IMG/VR virus record: IMGVR_UViG_638275430_000001
Span: 86,274 to 150,273 of that record
Strand: one strand, 5' to 3'
DNA: 64,000 nucleotides
DNA from: a virus
Taxonomy: Duplodnaviria > Heunggongvirae > Uroviricota > Caudoviricetes
A program made the position numbers and the translations under genes. This document shows positions 9,783-18,533 of this stretch, one piece after another (position 1 is the first letter of the stretch; each line of letters opens with the position of its first letter). The notes under the pieces are model-generated. The model made no database searches and was not told the DNA's origin. It was given only the letters and a program-made list of their open reading frames with translations.

Positions 9783-10061
9783 TTACTCACTATCCCAAGA
9801 CCGTTTTACGTTACGTCCATCACGACGAGGGCGAGACTTGTCTTTAGCCGGTTTTTCGATATGTTCACGTTCGTCCATGATGGACTTGATCAGATCGTAA
9901 TAATCGGCCAGATTGTGAGCGCGTTCCATATCCGCATCAGAACAATTCTGATTATCTGCATGATACTGTGCGGCAGCGCGAGACTTCAACACGGTTTTAC
10001 GCAGTGCATTCAGACGTTCGGTAGTCAGATTGCGGAGTTTTTTCTCAGTTAGAAATTCCAT
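9783..10061 (-). CDS. Hypothetical protein, 92 aa
   Basis: AGGA RBS; ends before a terminator. Confidence 0.7.
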   Translation of the reverse strand: MEFLTEKKLRNLTTERLNALRKTVLKSRAAAQYHADNQNCSDADMERAHNLADYYDLIKSIMDEREHIEKPAKDKSRPRRDGRNVKRSWDSE

Positions 10062-10110
10062 CTTTGTTTCCTACAGGTGGTTTTAATACACTATCACGAA
10101 TGACAGATTT

Positions 10111-10232
10111 TGGAGGGGAAGACGGGACTCGAACCCGCGACCAACAGTTTGAATTTGCGTTTATTTGCGGTAAAGAATCTTAATCAGATTCCGCTTTGTG
10201 CGACTACTGCTCTACCACTGAGCTACTTCCCC
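10111..10232 (-). ncRNA. tRNA-bodied RNA (CCA-ended) with the anticodon loop replaced by a ~54-nt motif insert
   Basis: GGGGAAG/CTTCCCC acceptor, T73-CCA, normal D and T arms; insert GAATCT-GATTA-AGATTCTTTACCGCAAAT. Confidence 0.8.
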
Positions 10233-10240
10233 AAATTTTT

Positions 10241-10376
10241 ACAACACTATGCTGGCGGTGCTGGAGTCGAACCAGCGTTACAGGCTTAACAGGCGAGTAT
10301 TTATTGCAGGAATCATTCTTGACAGAATGAATTTTACAGTGTCCTACCACTAGACGAACCGCCAGCATAATGTTGT
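10241..10376 (-). ncRNA. tRNA-bodied RNA, CCA-less, ~19-bp terminal clamp, motif hairpin in place of the anticodon arm
   Basis: Glu-like D arm CGTCTAGTGGTAGGAC; T arm GCTGG-TTCGACT-CCAGC; insert TCATTCT-GTCA-AGAATGATTCCTGCAAT. Confidence 0.8.
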
Positions 10377-10505
10377 TTGTTGTCGCGATACTGGATTCGA
10401 ACCAGTGACGTTTCTCGATGTGCCCACACGCAACGGAATCGAACCGTTCTCGATACTTCCTCGGCTAGAGGACGTTCTCCCAACTGAACTAATCGCGACA
10501 ACAAA
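10376..10505 (-). ncRNA. tRNA-like RNA with two T arms and a 14-bp terminal clamp
   Basis: D arm GTTC-AGTTGGGA-GAAC; AACGG-TTCGATT-CCGTT and ACTGG-TTCGAAT-CCAGT; no CCA. Confidence 0.75.
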
Positions 10506-10518
10506 ACTATATTAACAC

Positions 10519-10995
10519 TTATTTCTTAGAAGGTAAACCATTTTCGTTGAACTTTTTCACTGCGAGTTTGAACTTCAAACGAATACACGGCTCACGACTC
10601 GGATCCACTTTCATGATCTTGGCATTTCCACGGTGAATCAGCGAGTAAACATCTTCGATCTGATTCCGAGCAATCAGTTCCGCGAATTCTTCGCTGTATC
10701 GAATCTGGGTAGTGAAGTCAATAAACTCCTCGCCAGAAATCAGATCAACACAACGAGTTACGGCACCATCATACATGTAATCCGTATTCACAACAACACG
10801 AACATTACCAGCACCGTCGAAAGAGATCATCGGGATGCCGAGAGGACGTTTGTATGAAAGCATGATCAAACGATCTTTCTCTTTACGTTCTTCGTATTCT
10901 TTGCGCTTTTGTTCGATTCCAGCCCATTTGCCTTCTTCGACGATAGCAGTATAAGTATTCGGGAACAACAGTTTAGCCAGATATTTCATACTCAT
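10519..10995 (-). CDS. Hypothetical protein, 158 aa
   Basis: GAGG RBS. Confidence 0.7.
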   Translation of the reverse strand: MSMKYLAKLLFPNTYTAIVEEGKWAGIEQKRKEYEERKEKDRLIMLSYKRPLGIPMISFDGAGNVRVVVNTDYMYDGAVTRCVDLISGEEFIDFTTQIRYSEEFAELIARNQIEDVYSLIHRGNAKIMKVDPSREPCIRLKFKLAVKKFNENGLPSKK

Positions 10996-11025
10996 AATAA
11001 CTTCCTCATTGATTTGATATTCGTA

Positions 11026-11370
11026 TTATAGCGACTCTGGATTACCAGTCAAGCAAAAATATGCGATTGCGATCAAAATTTTACACACAACATGAAGTGC
11101 CTGATCTTGATGTAATCCAATCTTACCGTTGCACTTAGCATAATCGATGATCCAATGACTTACAAGCTCTGCCAAACTAAGCCAAACGCTCTTGGTTGCA
11201 ACGTATACCACAAGCGCATGGGTAGCACTATGGGCAGTTAGCCAGTAAATCCAATGCACTCCATAGAGTGGAGAGTTGATAGGATTCTTACCACGAGCAA
11301 TACTATCGGATTGCAGAACATAATCGGCCACAAAATGACCGATAATCAGAACATATAGAATCTCAAACAT
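11026..11370 (-). CDS. DUF3307-like membrane protein
   Basis: GHFVADYVLQ, H..HA, HWIIDYAK and DQALH pattern. Confidence 0.75.
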   Translation of the reverse strand: MFEILYVLIIGHFVADYVLQSDSIARGKNPINSPLYGVHWIYWLTAHSATHALVVYVATKSVWLSLAELVSHWIIDYAKCNGKIGLHQDQALHVVCKILIAIAYFCLTGNPESL

Positions 11371-11569
11371 TTCGCGGCGCCATCACTAAGAAAACGTGAT
11401 ATCCGTTTTGTTTGATTTGTCTGGTATGAAAGCTGAATCCGCGAGACAACAGAATAACATGATCGTGCTGGCTAATGAAATCGCTTCTGTCCATTGGATC
11501 GGTACTAACTTCGTCGTATCCGATACACTCGATAGTCCGAAGAATCCGAGATAGATTTTCAGATACCAT
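11363..11569 (-). CDS. Hypothetical protein (start MVSENL)
   Basis: Fills the gap between flanking coupled ORFs. Confidence 0.5.
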   Translation of the reverse strand: MVSENLSRILRTIECIGYDEVSTDPMDRSDFISQHDHVILLSRGFSFHTRQIKQNGYHVFLVMAPRNV

Positions 11570-11846
11570 CGTGTTCGATCTTCTCTTGCAACTCTGCTTT
11601 GCAGTTTGCCAAATGATGTTCGATAACACGTTCATCGGCAAACAATTTCAGATTCAGGCTGGTGCGATAGTGATCGCCTTCGCCAGCGTGAGAGTGAAAC
11701 CAGAACTCCACATTACCTTCATCGTCGATGTTGGCATCATTGGATTCCCAGTTAGAATCTCCATTGACTTTGATTTCGTTCGCATGTGCGACTATCGCTT
11801 GCTTGAAAGTCTTGATGTTATAAATTAGCGCATTTGTATTTCGCAT
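11559..11846 (-). CDS. Hypothetical protein, 95 aa
   Basis: GGAG RBS; coupled to the upstream gene. Confidence 0.65.
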   Translation of the reverse strand: MRNTNALIYNIKTFKQAIVAHANEIKVNGDSNWESNDANIDDEGNVEFWFHSHAGEGDHYRTSLNLKLFADERVIEHHLANCKAELQEKIEHDGI

Positions 11847-12101
11847 TTATTCTCCGTTAACTTGTTTCAAAAAATCTTCCACCTGCTTGATCCAAGACGA
11901 AACGCTTGCTTGATCGCGGAAGAAATCCATTTCAAATTTGTGTTCAAGCTCTTTGCCGTCGGCATCGAACTTCACAATGATTTCTTTCTTGTTCAGATTG
12001 AACGATACATCATCGGCCTTAAAATCCATTTTGTGGATTTTTGCCATTGCATCGCCGTACATCTTCACGTTGGCAAGTATAAACTCAATAATAGAACTCA
12101 T
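11847..12101 (-). CDS. Hypothetical protein (start MSSIIE)
   Basis: GAG RBS before the ATG at 12101. Confidence 0.6.
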   Translation of the reverse strand: MSSIIEFILANVKMYGDAMAKIHKMDFKADDVSFNLNKKEIIVKFDADGKELEHKFEMDFFRDQASVSSWIKQVEDFLKQVNGE

Positions 12102-12108
12102 GATAATC

Positions 12109-12522
12109 TCACATTGGAGTTGGAATTTGGCCGAATTCAGCTTGCAGTCGCTTGTAATGTTCCAAGCGTTGTTGCTTCTGATTAGCAATCCATGCTTCTT
12201 TCTTGACCCGGTACTCTTCGTCTTTCTGCTTTATGTGAGCAAAAGATCGCGCAATCTCGGATTCGATATCTTCCAGGATGTCGTCGATCTCTCGATCATC
12301 AACCGCGACGTCAATGCTACAAACATGGAAGTCGTCATCCCAGCCAGTCTCAAAAGTGACGCTAATCGTCATGTCTTCGAGATCCATGCTAACATTCGAA
12401 TATCGACCAGTCAACTTGCGAATGTTATCTTTATCGTGAAACTGGGAAACTTTTTCGTTCCATTCAGCTCGCAACGTCTCGACTTTCGCCACAATCTTCT
12501 TACAATCTTCACTTTTGAACAT
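12109..12522 (-). CDS. Hypothetical protein, paralog of 12524..12910
   Basis: Shared MF...DC.K, ID.I..D..S and charged C-terminal helix ending FG. Confidence 0.7.
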   Translation of the reverse strand: MFKSEDCKKIVAKVETLRAEWNEKVSQFHDKDNIRKLTGRYSNVSMDLEDMTISVTFETGWDDDFHVCSIDVAVDDREIDDILEDIESEIARSFAHIKQKDEEYRVKKEAWIANQKQQRLEHYKRLQAEFGQIPTPM

Positions 12523-12523
12523 G

Positions 12524-12910
12524 TTATTCTCCGAATTTCTCTTTAAGTTTCAGATAGGTTTCGCGTTCTTCTTGCTCTCGTTTGGCAATTTGATCCAGTC
12601 TATCTTGCTCTTTTTTCTTGCGTTCGTCAAGCTTCGATTTCAATCTGTCGCCGAACTTGGAATTCAGATCATTGATGATAGTATCGATGTCTTTTGTTCC
12701 GATGTTGGTTTCCACACAGAATACCGCACCATCTTCCCACCACATATGATCGAATGCTACATGAATATCCAGATATGAGAATCTGATATCGATTGTTGCC
12801 GTTCTTACTTTGAGATGAGTGTCTATCGTGGCAATCTCTTGATTCCATTTCAGTTGAGCAGCAAATGCCCATTGCTTCAATTTATCACAATCATTTTTGT
12901 TTATGAACAT
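12524..12910 (-). CDS. Hypothetical protein, paralog of 12109..12522
   Basis: AGGAG RBS; similarity to the neighbouring gene. Confidence 0.7.
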   Translation of the reverse strand: MFINKNDCDKLKQWAFAAQLKWNQEIATIDTHLKVRTATIDIRFSYLDIHVAFDHMWWEDGAVFCVETNIGTKDIDTIINDLNSKFGDRLKSKLDERKKKEQDRLDQIAKREQEERETYLKLKEKFGE

Positions 12911-12958
12911 GTTTGTTCTCCTTTTGTATATTCTCTCATATCCAACGCATATGTCAAT

Positions 12959-12982
12959 AAAAAAGGCACCCGAAGGTGCCTT
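12959..12982 (-). terminator. Rho-independent terminator
   Basis: GGCAC-CTTCGG-GTGCC hairpin plus U6. Confidence 0.85.
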
Positions 12983-12987
12983 AATTT

Positions 12988-14424
12988 TTAGAAGTCGATA
13001 CCGACGTAACGGTCGCTCATGATCTTGTCAAGCATGATTTGCATCGGGTTAAAGTCTTTCGCACTCAGGATTGTCTCCATGATTGCGGGACTGAAACCGG
13101 ACACCAACGCAGTGCCTTGATCATCTTTGGTCACCGGATTGTTAGTCGGGCGCGGGCAAAGATTCCAGAATACCAGCTTCGGCATTTCGTAACCAGCATC
13201 GCGGTAAGTCTGACGAATCACCTCAAAGTTGGTACGTTCGCGATCACGCATACGATAGTATCCGCTGTAACCGCCGTCAGCGATGTTGAATTCCATGTCA
13301 GACAAGACGACCATCATAGTCGGCATATCTTCTTGCGGAACTCGATTGCGTACAGCGCGATCAAGAATGATCTTGAATGCACCGGCAAAGTTGGTAGAGC
13401 CACCCCAAGGAGCGCGTCCCAGATGATTCACCATGCTTTGCAGATCGTCGCCTTTCGCTTTGATGTTGTAGAACTGAGGATTATCATCGAAGGTAATCAC
13501 TTCGTTCTTGAACACGCCACCAGAGCGTTCGCCGATATACAGACCCAGAGAAATCGCGATGTCCATAGCAGACAGACCAGCAACAGCAGTCGGAGTGCTC
13601 ATAGAACCGGAAACGTCAACCATTGCGATTACGTTTTCGGTAGAGCCAGCCATCCAGTCGCGTTGTGCTTTCCATTGCGCGTCAGCAGCAATAGAAGAAC
13701 CGGTACGCATGGACTTGATCATGTCATACGGGTAAACTGCACCAGCGTTGATCTTAGCCTCGCCCTTTTTCAGAGACTCAAGGTAAGCAACATAACGCTC
13801 GTTCGCGTTTTTCAGGAATGCTTTCTGATATCGAGCAGAAGCAACAGACGGCAGTTTACCGAACTCAATGCCATCCCACTGACGAGCACACATCTTTTGT
13901 TCAACGGTGTTCGACATACGGACGATAGTGTGACGGTATTCTTTGGCAGTCATCTGCATGGCTTTCGCTAGAATGCCAGCTTCTGAGCCTTTGCGCGGTG
14001 CCCACTTTGCAGCAAGACCGTTTTGCTTGGTCATGATTGCATCAACCATGATCGCAACAGCGGCGTCCTGAATCGGAGAGTTGAACATCGCTACCACATC
14101 TTTGAAGCGACCGATTTCAGGAGTGTTCATCAGAACAACGGTAGCATCAACCGGGTGACGGTGTGCAAGGACTTTCAGCAGGCGGATGAATTGTTCGCGT
14201 TCACCGGCACCACCGCGAATATCGCGAGCCCATTGCAGAATGCGAACAGCCCAGTCCGGAGACTCGGTATAAGCATCAACAAACATCTGAGTTAGATCTT
14301 TCCCGCGAGAGGAACCAATCTGAGAAAACAGATTCAGACACTTGTCGCCAGTAGTGTAGTTAGTAACAGCACCGTTAGCAGTGCGGGCTTGAGCTTGTAC
14401 CATTGCATTCATAAAAGTAGACAC
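12988..14424 (-). CDS. DUF2828 / vWA protein (Ro60/TROVE-like), 478 aa from GTG
   Basis: RTANGA, WARDIRGGAGER, AAKWAPR, KINAGAVYPYD, MIDAS DVSGS, GGSTN and LSDMEF; GAGGT RBS before the GTG at 14424. Confidence 0.85.
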   Translation of the reverse strand: MSTFMNAMVQAQARTANGAVTNYTTGDKCLNLFSQIGSSRGKDLTQMFVDAYTESPDWAVRILQWARDIRGGAGEREQFIRLLKVLAHRHPVDATVVLMNTPEIGRFKDVVAMFNSPIQDAAVAIMVDAIMTKQNGLAAKWAPRKGSEAGILAKAMQMTAKEYRHTIVRMSNTVEQKMCARQWDGIEFGKLPSVASARYQKAFLKNANERYVAYLESLKKGEAKINAGAVYPYDMIKSMRTGSSIAADAQWKAQRDWMAGSTENVIAMVDVSGSMSTPTAVAGLSAMDIAISLGLYIGERSGGVFKNEVITFDDNPQFYNIKAKGDDLQSMVNHLGRAPWGGSTNFAGAFKIILDRAVRNRVPQEDMPTMMVVLSDMEFNIADGGYSGYYRMRDRERTNFEVIRQTYRDAGYEMPKLVFWNLCPRPTNNPVTKDDQGTALVSGFSPAIMETILSAKDFNPMQIMLDKIMSDRYVGIDF

Positions 14425-14437
14425 AGAATTACCTCTT

Positions 14438-15037
14438 TCAGGTTTGTTTGAATTTGTCCCAATCATAGGACAGTTTGTTTTTCCAGCACTTGCGGCAGAA
14501 CGAGATATAACGTTGTTCAGCCCCAATGCAAATTTGTTCACCGCGACGGATAACATTGCCGTTATCATCAACGCGAGCTACCATACAGGATTTTCTACCA
14601 CAATCGCAGATACCAGACAGTTGTCGGATTTCATCTGAGATCGAAAGCAATGCCCTAGAGCCGGGGAACAAGTTACCGAGAAAATCGGTACGCAGTCCGT
14701 AGCACATCACAGGGATATCCAGCTTGTCAACTACATCAGATAGTTCCCATACTTGTTTTTCAGTTAGGAACTGCGCTTCATCAACAAGAACACAGGCGAT
14801 TTCGGACAGTTTACTCTCTTTTTCGATCATTGTAAACATGTTTTCATTAACATGTACACATCGGCATTCACGCTGGATACCGATACGTGATCCAATCGTG
14901 CCTTCCGTTCTCGTGTCAAATGCTGGTTTGTACAACAGAACGTTTTGATTTCTCTCGTTGTAGTTGAAAGCCACTTGCAGTAATTGAGTGCTCTTTCCAA
15001 CGTTCATCGAGGCATGGGTGAAAAATAACTTAGCCAT
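14438..15037 (-). CDS. tk: Thymidine kinase
   Basis: SMNVGKST, VLVDEAQF, YGLRTDF and C-terminal Zn cysteines. Confidence 0.95.
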   Translation of the reverse strand: MAKLFFTHASMNVGKSTQLLQVAFNYNERNQNVLLYKPAFDTRTEGTIGSRIGIQRECRCVHVNENMFTMIEKESKLSEIACVLVDEAQFLTEKQVWELSDVVDKLDIPVMCYGLRTDFLGNLFPGSRALLSISDEIRQLSGICDCGRKSCMVARVDDNGNVIRRGEQICIGAEQRYISFCRKCWKNKLSYDWDKFKQT

Positions 15038-15086
15038 TGATTCCTCTTTTCTGTTACTTTAACTCGCCTTCCATGGCAAGTAAACA

Positions 15087-15413
15087 TCAGTAACAATATT
15101 TCGCTAAAAAGTTAGCTTGGTATGAATCGTCCTTGATGTAGTATTTGATTCCACTTTGATACACAGCTTTCAATAGTACAACGGTTTCTTGTTTGAACTC
15201 GGGTACAATCGTACAGCTACCAGTTTCGATTGTGTGAACAAGAATTCCGTTATATTCAAACTCAACGCGAGCAGCTTGATAGAACTTACCTCTCCACTCT
15301 TGTGGCTTGTATCGCGTCGCCTGTGCTGTTACTTCACGAACAACAATTGGCTTTTCTGGTTCGCCGCAACCAGATAACAGCGCGACGAACACAAGAAACA
15401 TTACACGGAACAT
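15087..15413 (-). CDS. Putative lipoprotein
   Basis: Signal peptide with lipobox LSGC. Confidence 0.7.
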   Translation of the reverse strand: MFRVMFLVFVALLSGCGEPEKPIVVREVTAQATRYKPQEWRGKFYQAARVEFEYNGILVHTIETGSCTIVPEFKQETVVLLKAVYQSGIKYYIKDDSYQANFLAKYCY

Positions 15414-15422
15414 ATAATTCCC

Positions 15423-15851
15423 TTACAGAACAGGCACCACGGTGATAGCGGAACTAGCATTGTCGCCGTCCATTTTCTTGGTATAGCTCACATAAACCAT
15501 GTTCATATGCTCTTTGTCATACACACGGTCGATCACCATGTTTTTGAAAAACCAGCTTTTCTTCTGAGAGAAAATGTTTTTGCGAGACGTCAGCTCAACG
15601 CCAGAAGCAAACGGAGCAGAAACACACTGCATTGCCACGTCGGTCTGATCTTCGAAACTCAGAGTTCGAGACGGCAGATTCACATAGCAGGTGATGTTCG
15701 GATAGTCTGGATCACTGAATACTTCCACACTCAGGGTATCTTTGAATACCAGGCCGGAAGTCTCAACTTCGTACAGGGTATCGGCTTTAACAGCACCAAC
15801 AGCCAGCATGGCACACACGAACATCAGGTTTTGAATAATCTTTTTCATCAT
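15423..15851 (-). CDS. creA: CreA-family periplasmic protein
   Basis: Signal peptide; FSDPD.PNITCYV, FFK.M.IDRVYD and AITVVPV match the CreA layout. Confidence 0.8.
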   Translation of the reverse strand: MMKKIIQNLMFVCAMLAVGAVKADTLYEVETSGLVFKDTLSVEVFSDPDYPNITCYVNLPSRTLSFEDQTDVAMQCVSAPFASGVELTSRKNIFSQKKSWFFKNMVIDRVYDKEHMNMVYVSYTKKMDGDNASSAITVVPVL

Positions 15852-16051
15852 ATTTCCTTAGCAATTACTTTGCAGTTGACAACATAACACGATTTGCCGT
15901 TATACTTAAATGTAACAAAATCGCGGGTAATACTCAAATCGGTGACTATCAAGTTCCTCGCGAGGATTTTCTCTCCGCTTTCGCTTGGCAGTTGATAGTA
16001 TGTCTCATAAGCTTTATCTATGTAATAGATCGATACAACATGTTGGGCCAT
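15848..16051 (-). CDS. Hypothetical protein (start MAQHVV)
   Basis: Coupled to both flanking ORFs. Confidence 0.55.
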   Translation of the reverse strand: MAQHVVSIYYIDKAYETYYQLPSESGEKILARNLIVTDLSITRDFVTFKYNGKSCYVVNCKVIAKEI

Positions 16052-16293
16052 TATTTCAGATCCCAGATAACGGAACAAGTGGCATTTGTGACGTAGTATT
16101 GACGCTCGTTGAGCATAAACATCCAACCATCACCAATTCGACTCAACTCACCGGCACGAATGCCGTTAATCAGCATACCGTCTGGAGTCTTCACATATCC
16201 GCCGTTTTGAAACCAGCAAGTAATCATGCCAGGTACCGCGAACACAGAGCTATTAAACAACATCAGAGCCACAAACGCAAGAACTTTTTTCAT
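16051..16293 (-). CDS. Small secreted protein, paralog of 16297..16518
   Basis: MKKVLAFVAL signal peptide; TCWFQNGGYVK. Confidence 0.75.
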   Translation of the reverse strand: MKKVLAFVALMLFNSSVFAVPGMITCWFQNGGYVKTPDGMLINGIRAGELSRIGDGWMFMLNERQYYVTNATCSVIWDLK

Positions 16294-16296
16294 TTT

Positions 16297-16518
16297 TCAC
16301 CTTTCAAGTAAGCAAATAACGCCATTTAGTTTATACGACTTCTTATCATACCAGAATGACGTTTCCATTCCGTCAATTATTGCAAGTCGAACGTATAGAT
16401 TTTTAATCTCCGCATCGCCGATCTTAACATAGTTCCCGTTTTGAAACTGACAAGTTAGAATCTCTGCATTAGCGGTACTCGCAAACATCAGAGCGACAAA
16501 AGCAATAACTTTTTTCAT
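16297..16518 (-). CDS. Small secreted protein, paralog of 16051..16293
   Basis: MKKVIAFVAL signal peptide; TCQFQNGNYVK. Confidence 0.75.
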   Translation of the reverse strand: MKKVIAFVALMFASTANAEILTCQFQNGNYVKIGDAEIKNLYVRLAIIDGMETSFWYDKKSYKLNGVICLLER

Positions 16519-16739
16519 TTTTCACCACATTTTTCTCTGAGACGTTTGATTTCATCGTACATTTCGGACACGATGTTGGAAACATAACGGTGACAATCGC
16601 CGCCGGTTCCCCAGCAAGTAGTACAGCAGTATTGATCATCGAAGCTCATTCCGCGACAGTCTGGACAGTTCACAACACCACGGAATTCATCTTCATCGAT
16701 CATACGCTTGATCATATGCAGTTCTGAGCTATCAATCAC
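16515..16739 (-). CDS. Small Zn-finger protein (start approximate)
   Basis: CPDC and CTTCWGTG motifs. Confidence 0.5.
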   Translation of the reverse strand: MIDSSELHMIKRMIDEDEFRGVVNCPDCRGMSFDDQYCCTTCWGTGGDCHRYVSNIVSEMYDEIKRLREKCGEK

Positions 16740-17010
16740 CTTGTACGTCCATGAACATGTTGTCGGCACCATAGAACTTGATAAAGCGTTGTCCAACGAT
16801 TGCCACCATTGTACCATACTCGGACATAATGCTACCACAGTCATGATACATATTCTTTGTGAAAACGAATGGACGAACACCAAAGACGTTTTCGAACAGT
16901 TGACCGGCATCGTCGTTTCGCTCATAGATTGAGCCCATACAGTCAACAATGCGCACACCGACCAGGCTCATTGTCAACAGTTCTTCCAGATTCTTTACAA
17001 ATACTTTCAT
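16732..17010 (-). CDS. Hypothetical protein, 92 aa
   Basis: Coupled ORF. Confidence 0.6.
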   Translation of the reverse strand: MKVFVKNLEELLTMSLVGVRIVDCMGSIYERNDDAGQLFENVFGVRPFVFTKNMYHDCGSIMSEYGTMVAIVGQRFIKFYGADNMFMDVQGD

Positions 17011-17240
17011 TTTCCATCTTCTCCATACAGTTTTATCAAATCGTAGTTACCGAAATCGCATGTAAACGCAACAACTTTCAGATTTTTATAGACTTCGCAA
17101 TACAGCTCCAGTCCACGATTACGCTTAAACAAATCCGGCTCGCCGTCGAACTTCACGGTAATTGTTTCAAACTGACTAAGTTCGGTAGCGGTGAAGTCGT
17201 GGATCTCTTTGACTGTATTGAACGTGATGTTTTTGCCCAT
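17007..17240 (-). CDS. Hypothetical protein, 77 aa
   Basis: GAGG RBS. Confidence 0.65.
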   Translation of the reverse strand: MGKNITFNTVKEIHDFTATELSQFETITVKFDGEPDLFKRNRGLELYCEVYKNLKVVAFTCDFGNYDLIKLYGEDGK

Positions 17241-17242
17241 GA

Positions 17243-17731
17243 TTAACCTCGTTTGTTAATGTCAACATTAAAGTAACCGCTGATAACAAAATAGTGTGAT
17301 TTCTTGACAACGACGGCAACGTCCTCACACCAAAAGATCATACACTCACCGAACATCGGTTTCCATTCTTGTTCGAGTTTGCGGTTGCGCTCATAGACAC
17401 AATCGGAAGTTTCGATCTCGTTAACGCTATCATCCAGTTCAGCATAATTCAAATCGTCGAGTGTGTCAATACAAGTTTTATCGAAATACACACCGATATC
17501 GGATGCGTTTTCAACCGTAGAATATCCACGCTCGGTAATGATATACAGCTCCGGTGAATTGCCTTTGTTGACATATACCGCAGACTTGTATCCAAACCGA
17601 TCAAATATATACTGTGAGATTTTGCGACTGTATGAACATTTGAAAATATTCGGACGAAGACCGTCATTAATCGCAACTTCGGCACCAACATTCAATTCGA
17701 AGTTAAACAGAAAATCGTGAACTGTAGTCAT
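17243..17731 (-). CDS. Hypothetical protein, 162 aa
   Basis: GAGG RBS; first gene after a promoter. Confidence 0.7.
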   Translation of the reverse strand: MTTVHDFLFNFELNVGAEVAINDGLRPNIFKCSYSRKISQYIFDRFGYKSAVYVNKGNSPELYIITERGYSTVENASDIGVYFDKTCIDTLDDLNYAELDDSVNEIETSDCVYERNRKLEQEWKPMFGECMIFWCEDVAVVVKKSHYFVISGYFNVDINKRG

Positions 17732-17764
17732 AATGTATTCCTCATAAGTTGTTTCGATATGGAC

Positions 17765-17792
17765 ATCTTATCAGGACAAACCATGGTGTCAA
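17765..17792 (-). promoter_or_regulatory. Sigma70-like early promoter
   Basis: TTGACA-N16-TAAGAT after a terminator. Confidence 0.5.
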
Positions 17793-17805
17793 CACTTTTG
17801 GAAAT

Positions 17806-17829
17806 AAAAAATCCCGCCGAAGCGGGATT
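17806..17829 (-). terminator. Rho-independent terminator
   Basis: ATCCCG-CTTCGG-CGGGAT hairpin plus U tract. Confidence 0.85.
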
Positions 17830-17833
17830 CTGT

Positions 17834-18211
17834 TTACCATTGAATGAACCAGCGAAAAGCGCAAGTATCGTACTTTCTACGGTCAATGATCTCAACATCG
17901 GTATTATCCAATGAGATCTTTTTCAGTTGATCGCGAACTTTAGCACGACCCAGATTGGCATACTGTCTGCAACTCTTGTTAGAGTAGTTGCCGGTTTTGC
18001 TAACTTCGCAGTCATAACCACGAACGATCTGATTTTTCTCTCGCTCATATTCTTCATAAACGTTCATATTGATGCGTTCTTGTTGAATATGATATCGCCA
18101 GTAATCATACTTACCGATTCGGTAATACTCGTTGCAATTATCTTTCCAGAAGTCGTGGCCAATCAGATACTTGACTTCATTTTTGTTCTTAACTCGGGTA
18201 GTTCTTGACAT
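17834..18211 (-). CDS. Hypothetical basic protein, 125 aa
   Basis: GGAG RBS. Confidence 0.65.
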   Translation of the reverse strand: MSRTTRVKNKNEVKYLIGHDFWKDNCNEYYRIGKYDYWRYHIQQERINMNVYEEYEREKNQIVRGYDCEVSKTGNYSNKSCRQYANLGRAKVRDQLKKISLDNTDVEIIDRRKYDTCAFRWFIQW

Positions 18212-18266
18212 CTTGGATCTCCATTGTTAGTTAAAACAATGAAAGAACCGTCCCTTATGACTAATC

Positions 18267-18428
18267 TTAGCCTTTATGTTTTGCAATCTCAATAGCCTGT
18301 AGTTGATCTACTGCTTGTTCTTTGGTCTTGTGTGTGCCAAGAACTTTCGTCTTAGCATGATTCAAAACCACCCAATCGTCGCCTCGTTTCTCAACGTATT
18401 CCAGCAACATGAAACTCTTAAAGTCCAT
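18267..18428 (-). CDS. Small protein, 53 aa (MDFKSFMLLE...), possible internal head protein
   Basis: GGAG RBS; late-type promoter at 18531-18537; N-terminus resembles T4 capsid-targeting peptides ending in E. Confidence 0.6.
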   Translation of the reverse strand: MDFKSFMLLEYVEKRGDDWVVLNHAKTKVLGTHKTKEQAVDQLQAIEIAKHKG

Positions 18429-18444
18429 ACGATCTCCAAATATA

Positions 18445-18527
18445 GGCGTTAGAAGGCGGGACTCGAACCCGCACCCCACTGGGTTTCTGCCCAGTAGCTC
18501 TTCCAATTGAGACTTACTACCAACACC
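18445..18527 (-). ncRNA. Degenerate tRNA-like element, CCA-less, extended acceptor stem
   Basis: GGTGTTGG/CTAACGCC stem, D-loop TGG, ACTGGG-CAGAAA-CCCAGT arm, canonical T arm. Confidence 0.65.
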
Positions 18528-18533
18528 TAATAT

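Noticed and set aside
10111-10376. tRNA inserts as group I introns
   Set aside because: At 55-60 nt (28 nt for the Arg gene) they are far too short and lack P/Q/R/S core elements.
10455-10480. Amber-suppressor (CUA) anticodon in the double-T-arm RNA
   Set aside because: CT-CTA-GC cannot be placed in a 7-nt loop with a paired 5-bp stem.
14425-14571. N-terminal 49 codons of the 527-aa ORF
   Set aside because: They overlap the tk 3' end; a GAGGT RBS and family-like sequence begin at the GTG at 14424.
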